From: Candidatus Multivorans sp.
Lineage (GTDB): Bacteria; Acidobacteriota; Thermoanaerobaculia; Multivoradales; Multivoraceae
Length of the DNA: 64,000 nt
Assembly: GCA_965224025.1 (NCBI GenBank)
Contig: OZ245033.1
Coordinates: 3,104,001-3,168,000, forward strand
Direction: 5' to 3'
Part shown: piece by piece, positions 48,592 to 60,600 of the stretch
Layout of the letters: the number at the start of each line of letters is the position of its first letter
How positions within the stretch are numbered: position 1 is the first letter of the stretch
Translations under genes and position numbers: made by a program
Notes under the pieces: model-generated
The model's database searches: none
What the model was told of the DNA's origin: nothing
The model's input: only the letters and a program-made list of their open reading frames with translations

Positions 48592-49314
48592 ATGGCCGCC
48601 GAGCGTCGTTCACCGTGGGTCTATGTGCTCCTGGGCTGTCTGGGCGTGCTGGTTCTGGGAGCCCTGGTCGTCGGCGGCCTGGTGTTCTTCGGCGTTCGCA
48701 CCGCCCGGAACATGACCGCCGACAACGAGGATCCCGAGCGGCGCCGCGAACGGGCTCTCGAGATTCTCGGCGCCGACGAGGCGCCGGGCGGGTACCACGC
48801 GGTGGCTGTGATCTCCGTTCCCTTCGTGCTCGACATGGCCGTCCTCTCGGACCTGGCTCCGGGCGCGGAACCCTGGGCGGGCGAGTTTGGGGAACGGGGC
48901 TTCTACTACATCCAGACCCGGTGGGGAGGCGATGACCTGAGGGCGTTCTTCGACGGGGAGACGTCGGAGGCGCTGGCCCTGCGGAACATGGGGCTGGAGA
49001 TCGATCTCGAGGAGAACCTCAGCCGCGGCGATCTGAACCGGGAGGATGTCTCCGCGCGGTGGGCTACTTTCCGCGGGAGCACGATGTTCGGTCCGGGGGA
49101 ACAGATCGGAGAACTCGTGACGTTGATTGAGTTCGACTGCCCGCAGGACGAGAGGATGCGTATGGGCGTCCGGTTCGGGCCTGCGGAGGAGAGTCGGAGG
49201 GCGGAGGCAATCGAGGACGACGACGCGGCCGATACGACTCCAGGGAGTGAAGCGCTTGCCGCCTTCCTCCAGCCGATCCGCCCCTGCGGCCTTGCGGCAG
49301 CCAATGGTGGCTGA
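48592..49314 (+). CDS. Hypothetical membrane-anchored protein
   Basis: N-terminal TM (WVYVLLGCLG...), host-like codon usage; overlaps the next gene start. Confidence 0.7.
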   Translation: MAAERRSPWVYVLLGCLGVLVLGALVVGGLVFFGVRTARNMTADNEDPERRRERALEILGADEAPGGYHAVAVISVPFVLDMAVLSDLAPGAEPWAGEFGERGFYYIQTRWGGDDLRAFFDGETSEALALRNMGLEIDLEENLSRGDLNREDVSARWATFRGSTMFGPGEQIGELVTLIEFDCPQDERMRMGVRFGPAEESRRAEAIEDDDAADTTPGSEALAAFLQPIRPCGLAAANGG

Positions 49315-51157
49315 CGGGGTCGGCTCCGCGTCCTGGAGATCGGGCCGCTTGGGGCGCCTGGGTGTCTACCTGGCGGCGGCGGGCGTGTGCTGCTGGTTGG
49401 CTGCTCCCGCGGCCGCACAGTCTTCCGGCGGCGGGTCGGCTACGTACCGGCTGACGTTCGAGGGCGCCTGGACCACCGCCGCCACGCCGGGGGGCGTGCA
49501 CCCCAACGCGCACTTCTCGCCTCTGATCGGCGCCGTCCACAACGACGAGGTGATGTTCTGGAGCCGCGGCGGCACAGCCAGCCGGGAGCTCGAACAAGTG
49601 GCGGAACTCGGAGTCAATACGAGGATGCGAGCGCTCCTGGAACGCAGCCGTCCGGATGTGCTGCACATGCTCGAGAAGGACCCGGGGAGAGGCGGCACAG
49701 CTCGGACGACGATCGAGTTCGAGCCCACCAGGGACCATCCCCTGGTCACCCTGGTCACGATGGTCGCGCCCAGCCCGGACTGGTTCGTGGGCCTCTCCGG
49801 GCTCTCGTTGCTCGACGGTCAGGGCGAGTGGTTGACCAGCCGCAGCGTGGATCTGTTTCCCTACGATGCCGGAACCGAAGACGGAACCGAGTTCTCCCTG
49901 GACAATCCGGCAACCGTGCCTTGGGGAACGATCACGAGTATCCGGGGAATGGGCAAGTTCACCGATGCGCGGATGGCGAGGCTGACGTTCGAGCTGCTGG
50001 AGTCCGATGAGCCCGACGACCCCGAACCCCGGTTCTCCGGCGACGTTGCGGTGGAGCCGATGGGCGACTCTGGCATCATCGTGTCCTGGAGCGGAGAGTG
50101 GGCCGAACCGGAAAGGGGGAGACTCGGCGTCGAGGCGCGCAGCCAGAAGACGGGCTGGACGCTGCTCGTGACCGCCGACGCCCCAGATGGGGTGGTGCGC
50201 ATCGACGGCCTCGACAGCGGAGCGCCGTACACGTTCCGGCTGCGAGTGGAGACGGATGGTGGGGGCTTGGAGTACTCGGAGCCGGTCAGCGCCACAACCG
50301 GCGCCTACGGTGGCACTTGCCGCGCCGGCGAGGGGTTCCTGTGTCTGCGGGAAGATCGCTTCGAGGTCCAGGTCCACTGGAAGAACAACAGCCGGGTCGG
50401 CGACTACGGGTTTGGTAGCAGCGTACCGGTAGCCGTCTCCGACGAGTCCGGACTGTTCTGGTTCTTCAATCCGGCCAACATCGAACTCGTGGTCAAGGTC
50501 CTCGACGGCCGGGCTTTGAACGGCAATCACTGGGTGTTCTTCGGCGCCCTGTCCGATGTCGAGTACTGGATCACGGTGCGGGACGTGGTTGGCGGCGTCA
50601 AGCGCACCTACCACAACGCGCAGGGTCGGATCTGCGGACAGAACGACACGAAGGCGTTCTCGGGGAGCGGCGCCGCGAGCGTCGCTGCGTCCGCTCGCCG
50701 CGATGGCGTCTCTGGTCGTGCCGGCCTCGATCTGCTTCGCGCCCAGCCGCTGCCCTTCGATCTGACCCGTGTGGCACAGCCCGTTCACGGCGACGGCCAC
50801 TGCGAACCGGGCCCGGAGCGGCTTTGCGTCCTGGACGACCGCTTCTCGATCGAGGTCCGTTTCGTCGATCCAAACATCTCGGACCCGGACGTGGAACCCG
50901 AGATGGCCGCGAAGGTCGCGTCGTCGCTGACGACCGCGGAGACGGGCTTCTTCTGGTTCTTCAACCCGTCGAACATCGAGCTGGCGGCGAAGGTGCTCGA
51001 CGGCCGGCCGCACAACACTCACTTCTGGCTGCTCTACGGAGGTGTCTCGGATGTCGAGTACACGCTCACGGTCACGGACACCGTCACGGGCGCTTCCCGG
51101 AGCTACCGCAACGTACAGGGGAGCATCTGCGGAGAGGTCGACACGGAGGCCTTCTAG
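49304..51157 (+). CDS. Secreted spondin-N + Fn3-like protein with two C-terminal repeat domains
   Basis: HFSPLIGAVH, APSPDWFVG and YDAGTE spondin motifs; two GLFWFFNP.NIEL..KVLDG domains. Confidence 0.85.
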   Translation: MVADGVGSASWRSGRLGRLGVYLAAAGVCCWLAAPAAAQSSGGGSATYRLTFEGAWTTAATPGGVHPNAHFSPLIGAVHNDEVMFWSRGGTASRELEQVAELGVNTRMRALLERSRPDVLHMLEKDPGRGGTARTTIEFEPTRDHPLVTLVTMVAPSPDWFVGLSGLSLLDGQGEWLTSRSVDLFPYDAGTEDGTEFSLDNPATVPWGTITSIRGMGKFTDARMARLTFELLESDEPDDPEPRFSGDVAVEPMGDSGIIVSWSGEWAEPERGRLGVEARSQKTGWTLLVTADAPDGVVRIDGLDSGAPYTFRLRVETDGGGLEYSEPVSATTGAYGGTCRAGEGFLCLREDRFEVQVHWKNNSRVGDYGFGSSVPVAVSDESGLFWFFNPANIELVVKVLDGRALNGNHWVFFGALSDVEYWITVRDVVGGVKRTYHNAQGRICGQNDTKAFSGSGAASVAASARRDGVSGRAGLDLLRAQPLPFDLTRVAQPVHGDGHCEPGPERLCVLDDRFSIEVRFVDPNISDPDVEPEMAAKVASSLTTAETGFFWFFNPSNIELAAKVLDGRPHNTHFWLLYGGVSDVEYTLTVTDTVTGASRSYRNVQGSICGEVDTEAF

Positions 51158-51181
51158 CTGTAGGACAGCGGGAGCGTCTTC

Positions 51182-52345
51182 CTAGCCGCGGTCGACGATC
51201 CGCTGCAGATCCCTGCTGCGGTCGACAAGCGATTCGAGCAGCGCGAACTGCACCCGGCAGCGATCCAGGTTCTGGCCCGGCCGCTCGACGCGGAAGTAGA
51301 CATCGCCCTGCAGATGGTCGGTCAGGAACCGGACCGCCTGTTCGAGCGTCAGCACCAGGGCGCCGTCGACGAGGCTGCGACGTTCTCCGGCGGTCAGGAA
51401 ACGGGCGCCGTCGACGTAGCCGGAGACAAGAGCGCTGAATAGGTCCAGGTCGACCTCGACTCCTCCTGGATCGGGGGCATCCTCGTCGGCCCGGTGGGCC
51501 ATGGACCGCGCCATGTCGCCGAAATCGAAGGCGGCCAGACCGGGCATCGCGGTATCCAGGTCGACTACGCACAGCGCTTCGCCACTCTGTCGATCGAAGA
51601 GAACATTGCTGATCTTGCAGTCGTTGTGAACGGTGCGCTGGGGCAGGCCCCGGGCCGCGGCTTCGATCAACCGGCCGGCCAGACGTCGATGCGCGGCGGC
51701 GGCCTGGATTTCGGCCCGGGCCTTGCTGCGGCGAGTCACGGCGCCGGCGCCGGCCGGCTCGGCGCTTAGCACACGGTCCAGGGCATCGAAGCGGCTCACC
51801 GTGTCGTGGAAGCGGGGAATCGTCTCGAACAGGGGCGGCGGGGGCAGGTCGGCGAGCATGCCCTGAAAGCGTCCGAACGCCTGTGCGGCCCGAAAGACCT
51901 GATCGGTGGACGCCGCGCTCACCTCGGACGCCACGTCTTCGATCAGTTCGTACATCCGCCACCAGCCGCCGGCGCTGTTGCCGTGTTTTTTTGTACCGCT
52001 TCCTTCGGAAGCGCTGTGGATCTCAGCCCACGTCCGACCGCTGTGGGCTGGAATCAGGGTCAGCCGGCGTCGCCGGCTTCCCGGACCGAGCTTCTCGGCG
52101 AGATGCCGGGTGATCCGCTCCACGTTGTCCATCAGCCGGCGCGGCTCGGTGAAGACGTGTTCGTTGATCCGTTGCAGCAGTCCTCGCCGCCCGCTGTGGC
52201 TCGAGATGACGTAGGAGTCATTGATGTGGCCGCTTCGCAGCTCGTGGGCGGCGGTCGGTGCGCCGCCGAGCCGGAAGCGAGCGGCGACCTCAAGGACGGC
52301 CTCCGGTTCGAGGGTCGGTCGGTTCACCATCATGGTGGGGAACAT
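51182..52345 (-). CDS. Aminoglycoside phosphotransferase-like kinase (N-acetylhexosamine 1-kinase-like)
   Basis: GHINDSY, LQRIN..VF, ETIPRFH, HNDCKISN, DLDT and RFLTDHLQGDVYF motifs. Confidence 0.87.
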   Translation of the reverse strand: MFPTMMVNRPTLEPEAVLEVAARFRLGGAPTAAHELRSGHINDSYVISSHSGRRGLLQRINEHVFTEPRRLMDNVERITRHLAEKLGPGSRRRRLTLIPAHSGRTWAEIHSASEGSGTKKHGNSAGGWWRMYELIEDVASEVSAASTDQVFRAAQAFGRFQGMLADLPPPPLFETIPRFHDTVSRFDALDRVLSAEPAGAGAVTRRSKARAEIQAAAAHRRLAGRLIEAAARGLPQRTVHNDCKISNVLFDRQSGEALCVVDLDTAMPGLAAFDFGDMARSMAHRADEDAPDPGGVEVDLDLFSALVSGYVDGARFLTAGERRSLVDGALVLTLEQAVRFLTDHLQGDVYFRVERPGQNLDRCRVQFALLESLVDRSRDLQRIVDRG

Positions 52346-52365
52346 CCGGCCGCCAGGATTGCATC

Positions 52366-52385
52366 GTGATATTTAGGTGATATCA
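52366..52385. promoter_or_regulatory. Putative RHH/Arc operator upstream of the SPFH-Arc operon
   Basis: GTGATAT direct repeat with 11-bp period (52366, 52377); second copy extends to palindrome TGATATCA. Confidence 0.55.
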
Positions 52386-52449
52386 TCTTCACATCGACAA
52401 CGGACCCACGGCCGTCCGAGGCCGTGTTGGAGGAAGGGAGTCATCATTC

Positions 52450-53337
52450 ATGGAAAACAAGATGGTAGAGCACCAGGAGAAACGTCTCTCGGTCATGTCG
52501 GGCCTGGGCATGCTGTGCCTGTTCCTCGCCAGTTTCGTGGGCCTGTTCTTCGTCATCTTCCTGTCGGGGCGCGCCGGTTTCGTGCCGGGTATCGTCGCCG
52601 GCGCCTTGGGGGTGCCGGTCGTCATCTTCCTCATGATCGGGTTGTTCATGGTTCAACCGAACGAGGCGAGGGTGCTGCAGTTGTTCGGCGCCTACCGGGG
52701 CAGCGTGTACAGCACCGGCCTGCGCTGGGCGAACCCGTTTCTGAGCAAGCGCCGCGTCTCCGTGCGCACCAGGAACTTCGAGACCGGAAAGCTCAAGGTC
52801 AACGACAACGCCGGCAACCCGATCGAGATCGGAGCGGTCGTGGTATGGCGGGTGGTGGACAGCGCCGAGGCGCTCTTCAATGTCGACGACTATGAAGACT
52901 ACGTTCAGGTGCAGAGCGAGGCGGCTCTGCGGAACATGGCCACCGGTTATCCGTACGACGCGCATGAGGAGGGGGAGATCTCCCTCTCGCACCACACGGC
53001 CGAGATCTCGGAGCGGCTCCGCGGCGAGGTGCAGGAGAGACTGGCCACCGCCGGGGTTCACGTGATCGAAGCGCGGATCAGTCATCTCGCTTACGCGGCG
53101 GAGATTGCGGCGGCCATGCTGCAGCGCCAGCAGGCGGCGGCGGTGGTTGCGGCGCGAGCCCAGATCGTCGACGGCGCCGTCGGCATGGTGGAGCAGGCGT
53201 TGCACATGCTGAGCGAGAAGAACGTCGTTCATCTCGATGACGAGCGCAAGGCGGCGATGGTCAGCAACCTGCTCGCCGTTCTGTGCAGCGATCGGCACAC
53301 CCAGCCGGTCGTGAACACCGGCACGCTCTATCCGTAG
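52450..53337 (+). CDS. SPFH domain (band 7) membrane protein
   Basis: [48 protein letters not shown] and MVSNLL motifs. Confidence 0.92.
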   Translation: MENKMVEHQEKRLSVMSGLGMLCLFLASFVGLFFVIFLSGRAGFVPGIVAGALGVPVVIFLMIGLFMVQPNEARVLQLFGAYRGSVYSTGLRWANPFLSKRRVSVRTRNFETGKLKVNDNAGNPIEIGAVVVWRVVDSAEALFNVDDYEDYVQVQSEAALRNMATGYPYDAHEEGEISLSHHTAEISERLRGEVQERLATAGVHVIEARISHLAYAAEIAAAMLQRQQAAAVVAARAQIVDGAVGMVEQALHMLSEKNVVHLDDERKAAMVSNLLAVLCSDRHTQPVVNTGTLYP

Positions 53338-53349
53338 ACAGGGGGATGA

Positions 53350-53616
53350 TTGACCAGGCTGAGCAAGAAGTCGGTGGCCGCTCCGCGCAAGGCGTTCCTG
53401 CTGCGGCTCGACGTACACGTCTTCGAGGAGATCCGGCGCCTCGCGGCGTCGGAACTACGGAGCGTGAATGGGCAGATCGAGTACATGATCCGTCAGGCCC
53501 TACGGGATCGAGGAAGAACGAGCGACCGGGGAAGAACTGCAGGCGCTTCTGATGTTGGGGAAGATGAACGCACAGCCCCTGAGCGAGAGGGGGGCGAAAC
53601 ACCACGGGGTGGCTGA
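53350..53616 (+). CDS. Arc-family (ribbon-helix-helix) DNA-binding protein
   Basis: RKAFLLRLD...ELRSVNGQIEY..RQAL; follows the SPFH gene. Confidence 0.8.
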   Translation: MTRLSKKSVAAPRKAFLLRLDVHVFEEIRRLAASELRSVNGQIEYMIRQALRDRGRTSDRGRTAGASDVGEDERTAPEREGGETPRGG

Positions 53617-53770
53617 TCGTCTTCATACTGGTACACTTGCGCGTCGTCGGTCGTCCAACGATCCGCAACACGCTGAGATGCTCCTCCAGCGGGTAGGGTG
53701 ATTTGTAGGCAAAGGCTCGCCGAGACAAGACACGCTACCGCGGCCGAATCGAACCTCCGGAGAACGAAGC

Positions 53771-55495
<1,725 letters not shown>

Positions 55496-55518
55496 CTTCT
55501 CCGGGCAACGATTCGACA

Positions 55519-56217
55519 GTGCGGGTACGCACCGGCACCAGCGGGTTCTCCTACCCGGCATGGACGGGACCCTTCTATCCGCCTGGAACCAAGCGGCCGG
55601 ACATGCTGAGCCTCTATGCCGCCAGGCTCGGTGCGGTGGAGATCAACAACACGTTCTACCGGATGCCGAAGCCGGACCTGCTCGAGCGCTGGCGCGACGC
55701 GGTGCCCGACGGCTTTCGTTTCGCGCTGAAGGCGTCTCGCCGAATCACGCATCACCAGCGCCTTCGGGACGCCGGCGACTCGGTCGACTACCTGTTTCGC
55801 ACCGCCAGCGTGATGGGCGAGCGCCTTGGACCGATCCTGTTCCAGTTGCCGCCCTACCTAAGGCGTGATGTCGACCGGCTGGCGAGGTTTCTCGAGATCC
55901 TGCCCGACGGCCTGCGCGGCGCCTTCGAATTCCGCCATGCCAGTTGGTTCGGCGACGACGTGTTCGCGCTGCTGGAGAACGCCGGCGCGTCGCTGTGCAT
56001 CGCGGACAGCGGGAGCGACCACGGCGCGCCGCTTGTCGCGACCGCGGACTTCGGCTATCTGCGGCTCCGCCGCGAGGCCTACGACGAGTCTGCTCTTCGC
56101 GCCTGGGCCGAGAGGATCCGGCTGCAACCCTGGCGCGAGGCGTACGTCTTCTTCAAGCACGAAGACGAGGGCGCCGGGCCGCGCATGGCCGGCGAGTTCG
56201 AAGCCCTGTTCGACTGA
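55519..56217 (+). CDS. DUF72 domain protein
   Basis: GTSGFSY..W...FYP, VEINNTFYR, LFQLPP, EFRH.SW and YLRLR motifs. Confidence 0.92.
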   Translation: MRVRTGTSGFSYPAWTGPFYPPGTKRPDMLSLYAARLGAVEINNTFYRMPKPDLLERWRDAVPDGFRFALKASRRITHHQRLRDAGDSVDYLFRTASVMGERLGPILFQLPPYLRRDVDRLARFLEILPDGLRGAFEFRHASWFGDDVFALLENAGASLCIADSGSDHGAPLVATADFGYLRLRREAYDESALRAWAERIRLQPWREAYVFFKHEDEGAGPRMAGEFEALFD

Positions 56218-56226
56218 CCGTCCGTC

Positions 56227-57642
56227 ATGACGATCGATATCTCGTACCGCCGCATCCTCGCGCTCACGGCGCCCGTTGTGGTAACCCAGGTGACGCACAC
56301 CGCGATGGGTGTGATCGACACCATGATGGTGGGCCGGGTGGGAGTCGTGGCGCTTGCGGGCGTCGGTCTCGGGGCGATCATCTCCTGGTGGTGCCTGAGC
56401 TTCTTCGTCGGCCTGCTGCAGGGCGTGAACACCTTCGTCGCGCAGTTCTTCGGCGCCGGACGGCGGGACCGCGTTGGCGTCGCGTTCTGGCAGGGCCTCT
56501 ACTTGGCCGCGGGCTCAGGGCTGGCGCTGCTGCTGCTTTCGCCCCTCTCGACCTGGGTGTTCAGTCTGACCAAGGCCTCGCCGGAAGCGCAGGCGATTGC
56601 CGCCGAGTACACCGAAGTCCGGATGGCCGCCGCAATCGGGCTGATGATCTTCCTGGTGGCGGAGAACTACTACCGCGGGCTCGGGCGCACCGACATCCCG
56701 ATGTGGGCGGGCATGATCCAGTTGGGTCTGAACTGCGGGCTCAACTACCTGTTCATCTTCGGCGTCCACGGATTCCCGGAGCTGGGCCCCGCCGGGGCCG
56801 CGGTGGGGACCGTCATCGCGCAGTTCGTTGTTGCGGTGGCGCTTCTGGGCGGCGTGCTGCTGACACGCATGGGCAAGGACTACGATGCCTCGACCCTCCG
56901 GCCGCCCGAGTCCGCCCTGATGGCGAGGATGCTCCGCGTCAGCGTGCCGATCGGCATTCAGGTGTTCATGGAACTCGGCGGCATCAGCGTCTTCACGGCC
57001 CTCGTCGCCCGCCTTGGCGACGCGGAGATGGCCGCCACCAACGCCGTCATTCAGGCGTGGTCTGTCTCCTACATGATTGCGATTGCGCTCGCGGCAGGCG
57101 CCACGACACTGGTCGGCCAGTGTCTCGGCGCGCAGCAGCTTCGCGACGCTCGTCTGGTGGTGGGGAGAGTGCTTCGAATCGGCTATGTGGCGATGGCGGC
57201 GACGGCGGTCGTCTATGTCGGCTTTCCCGACCGCTTGATGTCCCTGTTCGTGCGCCAGGCCGAACTGGTCGAGGTGCTGCCGTACGCCCGGCCGCTGTTC
57301 TTGATCGCCGTCGTCTGCCTGGTCTTCGACCTGCAGTTCAACGTGCTGGCGGGGGCGCTGCGGGGTGCCGGCGACACGACCTACAGCATGCTGGTGAACA
57401 TCGGCGTCGCCTGGCTGGTCTTCGTTCCCCTGCTCTTCGTCGCGACCCGTTCGTGGGGTCTGATCGGCGCCTGGAGCTGCTTCATCATCCACGTGATGCT
57501 GATGGCGGGTCTGCTGGCCCTGCGGGTTCGCGGACGTACCTGGATCGAGCGCGGCGCCGCGCTGCTCGAAGCGGAGCGCGCGGGTCGTGCTGCCGGCGTT
57601 TCGATCGAGATCGATGACATGCGGTCCTCGCCGGTGCTCTGA
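56227..57642 (+). CDS. MATE family efflux transporter
   Basis: IDTMMVGRVG, FPELGPAGAA.GT and ALRGAGDT motifs; about 12 TM helices. Confidence 0.92.
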   Translation: MTIDISYRRILALTAPVVVTQVTHTAMGVIDTMMVGRVGVVALAGVGLGAIISWWCLSFFVGLLQGVNTFVAQFFGAGRRDRVGVAFWQGLYLAAGSGLALLLLSPLSTWVFSLTKASPEAQAIAAEYTEVRMAAAIGLMIFLVAENYYRGLGRTDIPMWAGMIQLGLNCGLNYLFIFGVHGFPELGPAGAAVGTVIAQFVVAVALLGGVLLTRMGKDYDASTLRPPESALMARMLRVSVPIGIQVFMELGGISVFTALVARLGDAEMAATNAVIQAWSVSYMIAIALAAGATTLVGQCLGAQQLRDARLVVGRVLRIGYVAMAATAVVYVGFPDRLMSLFVRQAELVEVLPYARPLFLIAVVCLVFDLQFNVLAGALRGAGDTTYSMLVNIGVAWLVFVPLLFVATRSWGLIGAWSCFIIHVMLMAGLLALRVRGRTWIERGAALLEAERAGRAAGVSIEIDDMRSSPVL

Positions 57643-57687
57643 GTCGCGTGGTCTCCGGGTTGCGCGGTCACCGGCACCTGAGGCCGG

Positions 57688-60600
57688 CTACGGTGCGGCC
57701 CTTGCGTCCTCGCAACTTTCCGCAAACGCCTTCTCGTCGGTGATCGCGGGTGCCGGAAGTCCCGGCTCGTTCCGGTACTCCTTCACCGTCCCCGTCACCG
57801 TATCGGTCACCCGGATCGAGTATCCGAGGTCCGTCGTCGAGGCGCCGTAGACCCATTCGTGTCCGTTGAGTGCGCAACCGTCCAGCACCTTGACCAGAAT
57901 CTCCCAGTTCTCCCGGTTGAAGAACGTGAACAGGCCCGAATCGTTGGTGCCCTCATGGACCACGCTCCCCGGGCCGCTCTCGCCGTCTGACTTCCGCCAG
58001 TCCACAACCACCGCGTAACGCGAATCCTGCAGGCACCGCCTCTGGGCGCTCGACTCGCACGTCCCCGCGGGAGAACTCGACTCGACCAGGAATACCCGCG
58101 ATGACGTCGATTCACGCGTGCCGTCACTTACCCACAGCGTCACCTCGTAGAAACCCGGCTCAGACCAACTGTGGGCCAAGCTCCGCAGACGCGACTCGGT
58201 ACCCTCGCCGAAATCCCATCGGCGTGACGTCGCGGGGCCGGTGCTCGCGTCGGCGAGCGCCACCGGCTCACCGGTAAGGGCCCGGCAGAGTTCCCGGTCG
58301 CACTCCACGCCACTGACTTCGATGACGGCCATTGGGGACGTGTCGTCGTCCTCGATCGATACGGTCGCCGCGCCGCCGCCGCTCACTCCCGGAGGCAGAC
58401 CGCCGAAACCAAGGACCACCGATTCGCCGAAGTCCTCTTCGCTGTCGTCCGTGGCAGCAAACTCGAACGTTCGCGACGTCACGCCGCGGCTGAACGTCAC
58501 CTGCTCAGGCACGCCCGAATAGTCCGCTTCCGACGCTCCGCCGCGGTGGGTCCGAACCAGCGGAATCGACACCTCCCGCTCCGCGTCCGCGCTCAGAACC
58601 ACTGTCACATGAACCGTCTCGCCCTCCGGCACCTCGTAGGTCGACGATCCGAACGACACCACGACCTCCGGATCGTCGTCGTCCTGAATCGTCCCCACGA
58701 CCTCAAGCGTCGATCCGTCGCCGGTCAGGGTCGCGTTGATCGGATTGCGAAGCGTCAACGTGAAGGTCTCCATCTGCGCCTCGTCCTCTTCGTCGTCCGT
58801 GATCGGGACACGAATCTGCCGGGCTGTCGAACTGACGGGGAAACGGAGCGTGCCGCTGGTCGTTGTGTAGTCCGAACCCGCGCTCGCTCCCGTGGCGCCG
58901 GCGCCGTCCGCAGTGGCGTAGTCGACCGTCACCGTGGAGCCTGTCGCCGCACTCAGGTTGACGTCGAACATCACCGCCCCAGCGCTTTCCAGGGCCTGCG
59001 ACGGTGCGACCGATAGCGCTGGCGGTGGCGGTGGTGGCGGCGGTGGCGGCGGCGGCGGCGGTGGCGGCGGCGGCGGTGGCGGCGGTGGGTCGGTGCGGCC
59101 AGGCGTATCGGACGCCGGGGAAGACCATCCGCTGCCTCCGACGGCATTGATCGCGCGTACCTGAACTTCGTACGGCTCGCCGTTCGTGAGCCCGGTGATC
59201 GTGTGCATCGCGCTGGTGTCGGCACTGACGATCGACCAACTGGAAGCCCGGCCGCCTGGTCGGTAACGGACCCTGTACTCCGTGATCGAGGAGCCATTGT
59301 CGTTCGGTGCCGTCCATCGAACTGTGAGCTTGCCGTCGCCCGATTCGAGCGTGGGCGAAGAGAGCGTGGAGGGGGGAGCGTTTTCCATGAAGAGGAAGAT
59401 GGCGCTGACCGCGCCCCAGTTGTTGTCCGAGTCCTTCGCGCGCACAAAGACGGTATGGCGCCCCGCGCTCAGGCCGGTCGTGTCGATCGTGGCCGTCGCG
59501 CTCTCCGAACTGCCGTCGAATGCGCCGTCGGCGGCGGACATCGAATTGGCAACGGCTCCGGTGGCCCAGGGCGGTACGTCGACGTAGTACTCGCCCGCTG
59601 CGAGGGTCTGCGTCGGTTCGGCGCCGTTGCTGTTTTCGTAGCGCGTGTCGTCGAAGGTCGCGGAGAGGGTGACCGCCGTGCCGGCGGCGACGCCGGTCGT
59701 CGATGCGCCAGCGCTCAAACTCAGGTTGCGAGCGTCCGGTCCGGCCGGAGTCAAGTACGGCGCCCTCACCACCTTGAAGGCGTAGAGGAGCGACGCGATG
59801 TTGCTGTCCAGGATCGAGTCCTTGAAGTAGCTGCAATCCTGGAAGAACCTCGTACCGAGTTCGTACGTGAAGGAGGCGCGTCCGAGAACGCCGTAGCCAT
59901 AGTCCTCGGTCGTGCCGCTCGTCGGATACAGCCCGTAGCCTCGCAGCGGCCTGTGTCCATTGAAGAACGCGAGCTTGCGGCCGAGAGTCTGGAGCGCCGT
60001 GCCATTGGGCGCGCTCTCGTCCACGTGGGCCCAGGGCCACAGGATGAGTCGGCCGGAGCTGTGGACGTCAAGGAACACTCCGCTGGTGTCGGAGGGCGTC
60101 GCGTCGTCGTCATCCGGTCCGCGGGCGTCGGGGAACAGGGTCGCCATGTAGGTCTGAATCGCCTGGGTTTCCGGTTCGGAGGCGGCCGACGGCCCCAGGT
60201 AGGTGAAGTCACACTCGTTGGTGCTGGCGCCCGCCTCTCCCCACTCGAAGTCGAAGTTCCGGTTCAGGTCGATTCCCGGCCAGCTGTAGGGGCAGTGGTT
60301 CGTGTTGTGGTTCTTGCGCCAGAGCAAACCCTCCTCAGCGCGTTTCCTGCCGTCCGGATTCGCCTGCAGCATGATGTGGATCTCCTGGTGGTCCAGGAGC
60401 CACCTCACATCGGCGTCCGTCTCGTAGGAATCGACAAGGTACTCGGCAAAGCGCAGGGCGAGTTCGACAGTCGTGTACTCGCGCGCGTGGACCGCCGTGG
60501 TGATGAACAAGGCGGGCTTGGTTCCCAAGGTCGCCGAGTTGGTCAGGCGCAGCACGTTCAGGTCGTAGCCGTCGGACGGGTTCTGTACCTTCTTCCAGGA

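Noticed and set aside
58934-59164. Poly-glycine ORF on the plus strand
   Set aside because: Reverse complement of the poly-Pro linker
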